Part shown: piece by piece, positions 10,313-19,420 of the stretch
How the letters are laid out: each line of letters opens with the position of its first letter
How positions within the stretch are numbered: position 1 is the stretch's first letter
From: Gemmatimonadota bacterium
GTDB taxonomy: Bacteria; Gemmatimonadota; Gemmatimonadetes; Palauibacterales; Palauibacteraceae
Length of the DNA stretch: 28,737 nucleotides
NCBI GenBank assembly: GCA_029288095.1
Contig: JARFPW010000325.1
Location: 1 to 28,737 of the forward strand
Reading direction: 5' to 3'
Made by a program: the position numbers and the translations under genes
Notes under the pieces: model-generated
Seen by the model: only the letters and a program-made list of their open reading frames with translations
Told to the model about the DNA's origin: nothing
Databases searched by the model: none

Positions 10313-11054
10313 TGCCGAATTGCAGGCCTGGATAGATGAAGAGCTGGATCCGGGCGATCGGATCCGAGTCGCCGATCACCTGGCGTCCTGTGCCGATTGC
10401 CGTGGCCTGCTCGCCCAGTTGAGGGGCGCGGCGGACCTGTTTCGCGACTCTCTCGTAGTACACGATGAACTCGTGCTGATGCGTGCGGGACGGCCGGGTG
10501 CCGCGCAGACGCGCACCACGCGCCGACTTCCGCGGTGGGCCGGGAGAGCGGCGGCTGTCACACTCCTGGTCGGAGGGGCTGCAGCGGCTGCAATCGTACC
10601 GGGCTCGCCGCTCCGCGGGTTGATTGTCGGCAGCGACGCAGACGAGACACAGCCGACCGAGGTCGTGGCGAACGCGGTGCCGGAGACGTCCGGAGCGAGT
10701 ATCAGTGTTCGGCCGTCGGCCGGGGAGCTCAGGGTCCGGGTGCGGGAATTTCCGGCCGGCACGCGGATTCGCATCATGCTGATCGAACGGCCGCTCGGAG
10801 TTGCGAGCTTGCCTCACGGCGACGCGGACGCTCGATTTATTGTCGCGGCGGGTCTGCTCGAGGTAGTCGGGCCGGGGCGCGAAGGTCCGGCCCTACCGGG
10901 CGATGGCGTAGTTTTGCAGTTGCCGCGCAGGATGAGTTACGGTGTGGTGGAAGTGGACGGCGACATCGTGGCGCGGGTGTCGGGAGGCAGCGTTGAAGCG
11001 CCGCGGCAGGTCTCCGATTCGGGAGACGGGGTAGTCATCGAAGTCGGCGGGTAG
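10296..11054 (+). CDS. Zinc-binding (zf-HC2/ZAS) membrane anti-sigma factor
   Basis: HLADAELQAWIDEEL...HLASCADC (HxxxCxxC), one hydrophobic segment, C-terminal domain; overlaps ECF gene end. Confidence 0.85.
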   Translation: MNHLADAELQAWIDEELDPGDRIRVADHLASCADCRGLLAQLRGAADLFRDSLVVHDELVLMRAGRPGAAQTRTTRRLPRWAGRAAAVTLLVGGAAAAAIVPGSPLRGLIVGSDADETQPTEVVANAVPETSGASISVRPSAGELRVRVREFPAGTRIRIMLIERPLGVASLPHGDADARFIVAAGLLEVVGPGREGPALPGDGVVLQLPRRMSYGVVEVDGDIVARVSGGSVEAPRQVSDSGDGVVIEVGG

Positions 11055-11087
11055 GCCGCGCCCGCCCTGGGGAGGCGGAGCGCACGA

Positions 11088-13358
11088 ATGACGCTGGGTC
11101 TGGCTATCGTTGCGAGCCTCGGGCTCACGGTCCAGGCGGTGCCTGGCACCGTTGGGGGGGTGGTGCGCGGAGCCGGGGACGGTCAGCCGCTCGTCGCAGC
11201 CAAGATCGAACTCGTCGGCACCGGACGAACGACCACGACGGATACCGACGGCCGCTATGTCCTCCTCGACGTGCCGCCGGGTGACCAGCGCCTCAAGGCT
11301 TCGAGGTTCGGATTCTCTCCGTTGTATGTCGACCTGTCGATTCCGGAATCGAGCGCCGTCGCGGTCGATTTCCACCTGCGCGTAAAAGCCTTCCTCATGC
11401 CGCCCGTAACCGTGGTGGATCGTCGGGCCATTGATGTGGAGGCCCCTGTGCCACTGAGAGCCGAGCCGGCCGTTCCCGCGCATGCAGCGGTGCGGGTTCT
11501 GGACACGTCGCCGGGCGTGACGGAGCTGGGCATCTCGACGGGCGCGCAAGCACTCCTGGGCCCGGATCCCCCATCTCCCGACAATGTTCTGTATGTACGT
11601 GGCGCGGGCGCCTCGCTCGACCTCGTGCTGCTCGACGGTGCGCCCGTTCATGCGCCGTTCAACCTCGGGGGGCTCGTGGAGCCCGGGTTGCCGCCGTCCA
11701 TTCAACGGGCGGAGCGCATGCAGGGCGGCCTCACGGCGCGCTACGACGGCGGGCTGGCCGATGTGCTGTTGCTGACGAGCCGTCCGGGTGCCCGGGGCAC
11801 GGGCGCGAGCGTGTTCGCCGACATGCTCGCGGCCGGCGGGCATTTCGAGTCGGCATCGGAAGATGTCGGGGCGGTGTACGTGTCGTATCGCTCTCTCCAC
11901 AACTCCTGGAAGGGCGCGGTCCTGAACTCCGGTCTACCGCAGCGATACACGGATGCGCTCGTTCGCACGGATCTGTTCCTCGGGGCCGAGGATACGCTCT
12001 CCGCAACCCTGTTTCACAATGAAGAGACCGTCCGGCTGGACGGTGACTCCGGTCTTGACGAGCCGCGCTGGGGAAACGCCGCCGGATCCGTCCGGTACCT
12101 GACCCGAACCGGCATAGGCCGGATGGAGTTGGGATCGGCGCTGGGCGATTTCAGCACTCGCCTGCCGGTTGGTAGCACCGACCCGCTGACGGCCACCGGG
12201 CGGACGCGGCGGGCCAGGTTGTGGGCTGATTTCGCGAGTGAGATCGGTGCGACGGAAATCGGCTACGGCCTGCAGGGTGATCTGCTGGACCTGCGGACGC
12301 GCTTCAAGGAAACCGCTTCGGCCGACGACACACTGCGGTTGACGCAACGGGCCTCCGCCAGGGCTATTGGCGCCTGGTTCGAGGGACGCCGGCCGATAGG
12401 TCCGAAGGTTGATCTGAAGGCTGGCCTGCGTGCGAACTTCCTTTCCGACGGTATGGGTAGTTCACTATCGCCGCGGCTCCACCTCGGCTGGCAGGTGGCG
12501 AAGGATTGGCGAGTGACCGGCTCCATGGGTCGGTTCCATCAGATGGTGGTTACGCTCGATACAGAGTTGCCGGTCGAAACCACGGCGATCGCCGGCGCCG
12601 ATGGTCGCATCCTGGGCTCGATTCTGAGCGACGTTGCGGCGGCTCGATCGACACACCTGCTGCTTGGCGTCACCCACGCGCCCACGCCCCGCGAGCTGCT
12701 CCGCTTCGAGGCGTTCTGGAAATCGTCGAGCGGGGTTCCGGAGTACGGAAATGGGGCTCTGCGCAACGTCGGGATCGATCTGCTCCTGGGCAGGCCTTTG
12801 ACACCGCGTGTCTCCATGTGGGCGGCGTATTCCCTCGCGTGGGCATGGGCAGCATTTCCCGATGCGGCGAGCCAGGACGTGTATTCGGCGCGCCACTTCC
12901 TGCGCGGCGGGCTGACGGTAGAGACTGTCGATCACTTGAGACTCGATGCCGACCTGTCGTTTGGCCGGGGGTTGGAATTCGGCGCGATTCCGAGGTCGGA
13001 GCGCGCATCCCTGACCACGGGTACAGCGGGAGGAGCGGAAACTCCACTGCCCACGGCGCCGGCGAGTCCCGTACCTCCGGGTCCACAGTCCGTCGTCGTA
13101 CCGGTGGAAACGGGCGGTCCGATCTTCACCAGGGCGCCGAACGGATCGTATCTACGCTTGAACTTCCAGGTGACGGGCGAGTTCGATGTGCGCTTCTTCG
13201 GACGGGACCAGAAGCTTCTGCCGTACTTCAGGCTCGTGAATGCTCTGGACCGGGAGGATGCGCTGTTCTTCCGGTTCGACGGAGACGAGAACTCCGAGCC
13301 GAAGCCGATCGGATCCGTGCCGGTTCTGCCGATAATCGGTCTCGAGTGGCGGCTGTAG
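11088..13358 (+). CDS. TonB-dependent receptor with N-terminal carboxypeptidase-regulatory-like domain
   Basis: Signal peptide, TTTDTDGRYVL, plug-like LYVRG...LLDGAPV, GGLTARYDG, beta-strand-rich body ending IIGLEWRL. Confidence 0.82.
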   Translation: MTLGLAIVASLGLTVQAVPGTVGGVVRGAGDGQPLVAAKIELVGTGRTTTTDTDGRYVLLDVPPGDQRLKASRFGFSPLYVDLSIPESSAVAVDFHLRVKAFLMPPVTVVDRRAIDVEAPVPLRAEPAVPAHAAVRVLDTSPGVTELGISTGAQALLGPDPPSPDNVLYVRGAGASLDLVLLDGAPVHAPFNLGGLVEPGLPPSIQRAERMQGGLTARYDGGLADVLLLTSRPGARGTGASVFADMLAAGGHFESASEDVGAVYVSYRSLHNSWKGAVLNSGLPQRYTDALVRTDLFLGAEDTLSATLFHNEETVRLDGDSGLDEPRWGNAAGSVRYLTRTGIGRMELGSALGDFSTRLPVGSTDPLTATGRTRRARLWADFASEIGATEIGYGLQGDLLDLRTRFKETASADDTLRLTQRASARAIGAWFEGRRPIGPKVDLKAGLRANFLSDGMGSSLSPRLHLGWQVAKDWRVTGSMGRFHQMVVTLDTELPVETTAIAGADGRILGSILSDVAAARSTHLLLGVTHAPTPRELLRFEAFWKSSSGVPEYGNGALRNVGIDLLLGRPLTPRVSMWAAYSLAWAWAAFPDAASQDVYSARHFLRGGLTVETVDHLRLDADLSFGRGLEFGAIPRSERASLTTGTAGGAETPLPTAPASPVPPGPQSVVVPVETGGPIFTRAPNGSYLRLNFQVTGEFDVRFFGRDQKLLPYFRLVNALDREDALFFRFDGDENSEPKPIGSVPVLPIIGLEWRL

Positions 13359-14752
13359 ACCCCGCGACCGCGGCCTCGACCGGGGAAGGCCCCATCCGGG
13401 TCGCCGTCATCGGCGCCGGACCGGCGGGCTTTTACGCGGCGGCCGCTCTTTTCAAGCAGGACGAAGTCGACGTTCGCGTCGATATGTTCAACAGGCTGCC
13501 AACGCCGTATGGGCTGGTGCGCGAAGGCGTCGCCCCCGATCACGAGTCGATCAAGGCGGTAACGCGGGTATTCGACAAGACCGGCAACGATCCGCGGTTC
13601 CGCTTCTTCGGCAATGTTTCGATCGGCGACGATCTTTCGGTTGCCGAGCTCAAACGCTTCTACCACATGATCGTCTACGCCGTGGGTGCCCAGTCGGATC
13701 GCCGCCTCGGGATCGAGGGGGAAGACCTCGCCGGAAGCCATCCTGCGACGATCTTCGTAGGCTGGTACAACGGGCACCCGGACTTCGCGGACCTGGAATT
13801 CGACCTGTCGCACGAGCGAGCGGTGGTCATCGGCAACGGGAACGTGGCCGTCGATGTGGCACGCATTCTCGTTCGATCGGTGGATGAACTAGCGGATACG
13901 GACATGGCTGACCATGCCCTGGCGGCTTTGAGGGAGAGCAGTGTCCGCGAGGTCATCATGCTGGGTCGCCGGGGGCCGGCGCAGGCCAAGTTCACGTCTG
14001 CCGAACTCAAGGAATTCGGTGAGCTGCCGGGTGTGGACGTGCGGGTCGACGCCGAGCAGCTGGTCCTCGACGATGCCAGCCAGGCCCTGGTCGACGAAGA
14101 GCGACGCGTGCGGCGCAATCTCGAGATCCTGGAAGGTTTCGCCAGCCGAGAGCCGTCCGGCGCCCCGCGAACGATCGAGTTGCGCTTCTTAGCCTCTCCC
14201 GCGGAGATCATCGGGACGGACGGCCGCGTGGAAGCGGTCAAGGTAGAGCGGAACCGGCTCGAGACGGGTGCAGACGGATGGCAGCGAGCCACGGGGACGG
14301 GCCAGTTCGAGATCCTGGAGTGCGGCCTCGTCCTCCGGTCTGTCGGCTATCGTGGCGTGGCGGTGCCCGGAGTCCCATTCGACGACAAGCACGGCGTCAT
14401 CCCCAACGAACAGGGCCGCGTCACGGATCGGCCGGGCGGTGCCACACTCCCCGGAGAATACGCGGTCGGCTGGATCAAACGAGGGCCCAGCGGGATCATC
14501 GGAACCAACAAGCCGGATGCCGTCGAAACCGTCCGCCACATGCTGGACGACGTCCGCACGCTCGATCGGTCGTCCGTGAGTGGCGACCCCGAAGCCATCG
14601 TCCGGGTCCTGGACGAACGCGGCCTACGGTACGTGACGTTCGACGACTGGAAGCAGATCGACGCCGAGGAACGAGCGCGAGGTGAGCCGCGCGGACGGCC
14701 TCGCTCGAAAATCGTGCGCGTCGACGAGATGCTGGGCGTGTGCGGACGGTAG
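13346..14752 (+). CDS. fprA: Ferredoxin/adrenodoxin-NADP+ reductase (FprA type)
   Basis: VIGAGPAGFY, PYGLVREGVAPDH, FVGWYNGHP, VIGNGNVAVDVAR, GRRGPAQAKFT, GWIKRGPSGIIG; start GTG 13346 approximate. Confidence 0.88.
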   Translation: MAAVDPATAASTGEGPIRVAVIGAGPAGFYAAAALFKQDEVDVRVDMFNRLPTPYGLVREGVAPDHESIKAVTRVFDKTGNDPRFRFFGNVSIGDDLSVAELKRFYHMIVYAVGAQSDRRLGIEGEDLAGSHPATIFVGWYNGHPDFADLEFDLSHERAVVIGNGNVAVDVARILVRSVDELADTDMADHALAALRESSVREVIMLGRRGPAQAKFTSAELKEFGELPGVDVRVDAEQLVLDDASQALVDEERRVRRNLEILEGFASREPSGAPRTIELRFLASPAEIIGTDGRVEAVKVERNRLETGADGWQRATGTGQFEILECGLVLRSVGYRGVAVPGVPFDDKHGVIPNEQGRVTDRPGGATLPGEYAVGWIKRGPSGIIGTNKPDAVETVRHMLDDVRTLDRSSVSGDPEAIVRVLDERGLRYVTFDDWKQIDAEERARGEPRGRPRSKIVRVDEMLGVCGR

Positions 14753-14761
14753 CTGATCCGA

Positions 14762-15418
14762 TTAATCCGGAAGCGAGCGCAACACGGCCCGCACCGGGCT
14801 GCCGTCGAACCCGACCAGGCGCAGCGGTAGCGCTATGAGTTCGTAGTCTCCCTCGGGCACACCTTCCAGCCTCAAGCCCTCGAGAATGGTCATCCCATGC
14901 CGTGCCACCGCAGCGTGGGCCGGCAGGTCCCTCGACTCCGCAGGATCAATGCTTGGCGTATCGATCCCCACCGTCATCACCCCGGACCCGGCCATCCAGT
15001 CGATGGCAGCCGGCTCGAGCGCGGTGAACTCGGCCGTCCAGACGCTCGGGTCCGGGTAGCTCCCGGTAGCCACGAGAACTCGTGGCGGCAGAGGGCCGCC
15101 GAAATCGTCGAGCACCCGCAGGGCCGCGGCCAGCGATTCAGCCTCGATACGGCGTCCCGCTTCCGTGCCGAGCCGCACGACACGGCAACGTCCGAGCAGC
15201 CGATCGAGCGGCGTCTGATCGATGCCCGCTGCGTCGGCCTCGTAATGCACGGGCGCATCCACGTGGGCCCCGAGGTGCACCGTGGTGCGCAGCGTCGACA
15301 GTGTGACGCTGTCCCCATCCTCCCGACGGGACAGGATGTCTCGCGTGAGGGAAGTGTCGCCCGGAAACACGGCGAGGTTTGCGTCTAACGGCGGAGAAAT
15401 GTCGAACAGATCAGCCAT
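14762..15418 (-). CDS. kynB: Cyclase-family metallohydrolase, kynurenine formamidase
   Basis: HLGAHVDAPVH (HxGxHxDxPxH), VGIDTPS, DGSPVRA; adjacent to kynureninase. Confidence 0.85.
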   Translation of the reverse strand: MADLFDISPPLDANLAVFPGDTSLTRDILSRREDGDSVTLSTLRTTVHLGAHVDAPVHYEADAAGIDQTPLDRLLGRCRVVRLGTEAGRRIEAESLAAALRVLDDFGGPLPPRVLVATGSYPDPSVWTAEFTALEPAAIDWMAGSGVMTVGIDTPSIDPAESRDLPAHAAVARHGMTILEGLRLEGVPEGDYELIALPLRLVGFDGSPVRAVLRSLPD

Positions 15419-16700
15419 CGTGTTCTTCCTGGGCCTGCAACGCTTCCGTCACGAGATGTGCAGCCCGCCAGGCCTCATGGAACGTGTTGAACAGGGGAGC
15501 GGGTGCCAGTCGGACGACATCGGGCTCCCGTACGTCCAGATCGAGGCCTGTTGCCGCGAGTGACATCTGCAGCCCTCGTGCATCACGTGTGACCAACGAC
15601 AGCTGCGCGCCCCGGCTCTCGGCGCTGGTCGGAGTGATGAGGCGGAGGAGTGGCCCGGCGAGGTGCTCGAGGAGCCTCTCGAGATATCCCGTCAGCCGAA
15701 TCGACTTGTCCCGGATAGCGGGCATCCCGGCCTCCGCGCACAGCTCAAGGGCTGGTCCCAGAGGCGCCAGCGCCAGAACCGGCGGGCAACTCACCTGCCA
15801 CCCGGCCGCGTCGCGCCGCGGCACGAAATCATCCTGTCCCCGCCAGCGGAAGCGGGCGACGGGATCGTTCCCCCACCAACCGCCAAGTCGAAACCGTTCC
15901 GCGTCCAGTGCGTGCCGTTGATTCACGAACAGCCCTGCGACGGCACCGGGTCCGCTGTTCAAATACTTGTACGTGCACCAGGCGGCGAAATCGACGCCCC
16001 AATCGCTGAGGGCGAGCGGTACGTTGCCCACGGCATGCGCAAGGTCGAAGCCAACGACACAGCCGGCGGAATGGGCTGCTTCCGTGATACGCTCCATATC
16101 GAGCAATTCGCCGGTCAGGAAGTTCACGCCGCCCAGGAATACGACTGCGATCTCATCGCCCCGGTCGCGCAAAGCGGCTTCTATCCCCTCGATTCCGATG
16201 GGTCCGTGCTCCCCGTCGCCCACTTCGAGGATGCCGTCCTCGGGGTCGATACCATGCCAGGCGAGCTGCGTCTGGACCACATAGCGATCCGAAGGAAAGC
16301 ACGGCCGTTCGATGAGCACCCGGACGCGCCTACCCTCGGGACGATAGAAGCTGGCCATAAGGAGATGCAGGTTCACGGACAGGCCGTTCATCAGGGCCAC
16401 TTCGTGGCGCGTCGCCCCCACGATCGACGCCATCGTTTCCAGGTAGCGGACGTCCAGGTCTACCCAGGTGGCCGGCGAATCGAAGTAGCTGTCGACTCCG
16501 CGTCTCGACCAGCCGTCCAGTTCGTGTGCCACGGCATCGCGCGTGGCCCGGGGAAGCGGGCCCAGCGAGTTGCCGAGGAAGTAGATCCTGGACGCATCAC
16601 TTCCGGGGATCTCGAATCGATCGCGGAACCCGGCGAGCGGATCCGCCCGGTCGAGTTCGCGCGCGAACTCCTCGTCTGTCCGAAACGTCGGGTCGCTCAT
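15411..16700 (-). CDS. kynU: Kynureninase (PLP-dependent)
   Basis: GNSLG, FPSDRY, FDLAHAVGN, WCTYKYLNSGPG, RGAQLS. Confidence 0.93.
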   Translation of the reverse strand: MSDPTFRTDEEFARELDRADPLAGFRDRFEIPGSDASRIYFLGNSLGPLPRATRDAVAHELDGWSRRGVDSYFDSPATWVDLDVRYLETMASIVGATRHEVALMNGLSVNLHLLMASFYRPEGRRVRVLIERPCFPSDRYVVQTQLAWHGIDPEDGILEVGDGEHGPIGIEGIEAALRDRGDEIAVVFLGGVNFLTGELLDMERITEAAHSAGCVVGFDLAHAVGNVPLALSDWGVDFAAWCTYKYLNSGPGAVAGLFVNQRHALDAERFRLGGWWGNDPVARFRWRGQDDFVPRRDAAGWQVSCPPVLALAPLGPALELCAEAGMPAIRDKSIRLTGYLERLLEHLAGPLLRLITPTSAESRGAQLSLVTRDARGLQMSLAATGLDLDVREPDVVRLAPAPLFNTFHEAWRAAHLVTEALQAQEEHDG

Positions 16701-17503
16701 CGGTCCTCGCTGCGACCGAGCACCATGAGGCGCGCGTACTTCATTCGTACCGATTGGGCGTCGAGGCCCGCCAGAAGTAGACCGCGCCAGCCGAGCAGGA
16801 ACCCTCGCTTGAGCACGAAACCCCGCAGGAACCGCAGCGGCGGACGGAACAGAAGATCCAGGACTCCGGCCCTGATGCCACGCTCGAACAATCGCCCTGC
16901 GCTGATGGCGGCGTAGTCGTCGAGCGTCCGCAAATGCTCATCGAACGATCGATACGGATGGTGCAGGAGGTTGCCGCGTAGCTGCACCACGGTGGCATCC
17001 GTCTCCCACCGGTCGTGAGGGTCCTCACCCCCCCAGCTTCCCCGTCGGCGATCAAACAGCCGGAGCTGCCGGTTCGGGTACCAACTCCCGTACCGGATCC
17101 AGGCTCCGAGGTGGTGGGACAGCCGGGGCATCGACCACCCGCCGACATCGGCGAATTCCGACTCCCGAAGGGCGACGATCTCAGATCTCAACTCAGGGGA
17201 CAGCCGCTCATCCGCATCAACCGCAAGAATCCAGTCGTATGCTGCCGCGTCTACGGCGAACTGTTTCTGGGCACGGTGACCCGCCCAGTCCCGTTCTATT
17301 ACGCGGGCTCCCGCCGCGGCTGCGATGTCTCTCGTGGCATCGCTGGAGTGCGAGTCCACAACCAGGATTTCGTCGCAAACGTCGAGCGAGGCGAGGCAGT
17401 CACCGATTCGGTCCGCCTCGTTCATCGCGACGATGCACGCCGAAATCTTGCCGATCCGAGACGGCGCGGATTGCTCCCCAGGCTTCGATGCTGGCTTGTC
17501 CAT
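16697..17503 (-). CDS. Glycosyltransferase family 2 (WaaE/KdtX-like)
   Basis: MNEADRIGDCLASL, VVDSHSSDAT, VDADE, YPNRQLRLF. Confidence 0.88.
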   Translation of the reverse strand: MDKPASKPGEQSAPSRIGKISACIVAMNEADRIGDCLASLDVCDEILVVDSHSSDATRDIAAAAGARVIERDWAGHRAQKQFAVDAAAYDWILAVDADERLSPELRSEIVALRESEFADVGGWSMPRLSHHLGAWIRYGSWYPNRQLRLFDRRRGSWGGEDPHDRWETDATVVQLRGNLLHHPYRSFDEHLRTLDDYAAISAGRLFERGIRAGVLDLLFRPPLRFLRGFVLKRGFLLGWRGLLLAGLDAQSVRMKYARLMVLGRSEDR

Positions 17504-17545
17504 ACGCCCAGTGTCCGGTCGATGGCTCGCGCTTGCAAGGTCGCG

Positions 17546-17575
17546 TTGACACTCCGGCGGAACATCGTCTACCTT
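17546..17575 (+). promoter_or_regulatory. Candidate sigma-70 promoter for cold-shock gene
   Basis: TTGACA (17546-17551), 18-nt spacer, TACCTT (17570-17575). Confidence 0.55.
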
Positions 17576-17655
17576 GACCCACGATGTGCGGAGCGTGCGT
17601 CACGCGCGATCCCGGATACCATGGCTGTAACAGGGCTCAGTGCCAGGAGAGACGA

Positions 17656-17997
17656 ATGCGGACGACCGGCAGGGTCAAGTGGTTCGACAACGCCAAGGGC
17701 TACGGCTTCATCACGATGGAAGACGGGTCCAAGGACTGCTTTGTCCACCACACGGCGATCGATGGCAACGGATTCAAGACACTCGAAGAGGGCGAACTCG
17801 TCGAGTTCGAGGTCACGGAGGGTCAAAAGGGTCCGGCTGCAGCCAACGTGGTTCGGGTTGGCACGGAAGGACCGAGCACCGAAGAGGCGGGCAGCGAAGA
17901 GGTGGTCGCCGAAGAGGTAGTCGCCGAAGAGGTGGTCGCCGAAGAGGTGGTTGCCGAGGAGGTGACAATCGAAGAAGAGAGCGGCGAAGAAGCCTGA
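17656..17997 (+). CDS. Cold-shock protein with acidic C-terminal repeat tail
   Basis: [12 protein letters not shown] (RNP1), CFVHHTAI (RNP2); AGGAGA RBS; EEVVA repeats. Confidence 0.93.
   Translation: MRTTGRVKWFDNAKGYGFITMEDGSKDCFVHHTAIDGNGFKTLEEGELVEFEVTEGQKGPAAANVVRVGTEGPSTEEAGSEEVVAEEVVAEEVVAEEVVAEEVTIEEESGEEA
17881..17985 (+). repeat. In-frame 15-bp tandem repeat (7 degenerate units)
   Basis: GAAGAGGTGGTCGCC-type units; four near-identical (17896-17955) encoding EEVVA. Confidence 0.9.
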
Positions 17998-18023
17998 CAG
18001 CGATCCAGTCCGGTTCAGCCGTG

Positions 18024-18054
18024 GCGCCGTCCCTCGCAGGGGCGGCGCTTTTTT
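18024..18054 (+). terminator. Rho-independent terminator after cold-shock gene
   Basis: GCGCCGTCCCT-CGC-AGGGGCGGCGC followed by TTTTTT. Confidence 0.88.
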
Positions 18055-18226
18055 GTCCCCCTCCAACACGTCCGCTCGGCCATGATTCGCAGAATTGCTG
18101 GTCCGCATGTCCCCCGGTGTCTAGTTTTGGGGTCCGAGTCGGAAGACGGCGGTCGGCCAACACCGATCGTACGACGGAGCACACTGGGAGGCCGCACTGC
18201 GCAGCATTGTAACACCTGAGGCCGTC

Positions 18227-19420
18227 GTGGCCTCTGAACGACAGCTCCTGCTGCATAGAGATCTCACGCGCTTCCCAGCCGAACTGTTTCAGTTCGATCC
18301 GAGAATTCGCGAAGGATGGCTGTCCGATCGGTATTTCGTGCGGGCTGCCGCCACGCTGAAGCACGCGAACCGGGATCCGGTGGTCACCCTGCAGGTGTTC
18401 GCGCGCCGCAGCGGCAGGGTCGCGGGCCTCTACGAGTGCGTGCGCATGCTTCAGACTCAGCTTGCTTCCGGGTACGATTACCGGGATCTCGAAGTCTGGA
18501 CGTTGCGAGACGGGGACCAGATCGAGCCCTGGGATGTGGCTTTCCGGATTGTGGGTCCGTACGTCGGATTCGCGCACCTCGAAACCACGATCGATGGTGT
18601 GCTCGCCCGGCGGAGCCGGGTAGCCACCAATGTGTCCAGGGCAGTGGCTGCGGCGGGCGAAGTGCCCGTGATCTACTTCGCTCCCCGGCACGACGACTGG
18701 CGCATCCAGACACCCGACGGGTACGCCGCGCGGGTGGGTGGCGGTCAGAGCGTATCCAGCGACGCGGGTGCGGCGTGGTGGGGGGGCGAGGGCGTCGGCA
18801 CGATGCCGCATGCGCTCATTGCCGCCTATCGGGGCGACGTCGTCGCGGCCACCATCGGATTCACGCACTACGTCCGCGAGCACGAGCCCGACGTTCCGAT
18901 CATCAGCCTGGTGGATTTCGGCAACGACTGCGTGGCAGACTCGCTCGCGGTCGCGCGGGCGATGCGCACCGAGTTCGGTGATGGTGTGCTGCATGGCGTC
19001 CGCCTGGACACGAGCGGGTTGCTGGTCGACAAATCACTTGTTGGCGACGAGACCCTGTGGGGACGCGAGGACCTGCGCGGAGTGAATCCTCACCTGGTGC
19101 GGAAGGTCAGAGCTGCTCTCGACGCCGAGGGTTTCGACTACGTGGGTATCGTCGTGAGCGGCGGATTCACGCCTCGTCGCATCAGGAAATTCGCCGAGCT
19201 CGATCTGCCGATCGTGGCTTACGGCGTCGGCAGCAGCGTGCTCGGGCGCGGTAACGAACTCGACGGCGTCGTTCCGGATTTCGACTTCACGGCAGACATC
19301 GTGGAAGTGGATGGTGAAGCAGTGGCGAAGGTCGGCCGTCACAGGCTCGACAACCCGAACCTGCTGAAGATCGACTGGGACCTGCTGGCCCGCGCCGATG
19401 CGGGGGACTCGTTTGACTGA
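18227..19420 (+). CDS. pncB: Nicotinate phosphoribosyltransferase
   Basis: SDRYF, GTMPHALI, GVRLDTS, IVVSGGF, YGVGS; next to nicotinamidase. Confidence 0.8.
   Translation: MASERQLLLHRDLTRFPAELFQFDPRIREGWLSDRYFVRAAATLKHANRDPVVTLQVFARRSGRVAGLYECVRMLQTQLASGYDYRDLEVWTLRDGDQIEPWDVAFRIVGPYVGFAHLETTIDGVLARRSRVATNVSRAVAAAGEVPVIYFAPRHDDWRIQTPDGYAARVGGGQSVSSDAGAAWWGGEGVGTMPHALIAAYRGDVVAATIGFTHYVREHEPDVPIISLVDFGNDCVADSLAVARAMRTEFGDGVLHGVRLDTSGLLVDKSLVGDETLWGREDLRGVNPHLVRKVRAALDAEGFDYVGIVVSGGFTPRRIRKFAELDLPIVAYGVGSSVLGRGNELDGVVPDFDFTADIVEVDGEAVAKVGRHRLDNPNLLKIDWDLLARADAGDSFD

Noticed and set aside
12506-13345. Long N-terminal extension of the 748-aa ORF (apparent fusion to FprA)
   Set aside because: It overlaps the TonB receptor in another frame, is Arg/Gly-rich nonsense, and homology starts only near 13390
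15663-16916. 417-aa plus-strand ORF and similar long shadow ORFs (10893-11900, 17813-18994, 25982-27136, 12932-13813)
   Set aside because: Antisense to well-supported genes with no motifs; expected in high-GC DNA
17881-17985. Possible CRISPR or mobile repeat
   Set aside because: Contiguous 15-bp in-frame units with no spacers and no cas genes
18055-18226. NAD riboswitch or NrtR box upstream of pncB
   Set aside because: No recognisable consensus by eye; an Rfam/PWM scan would be needed
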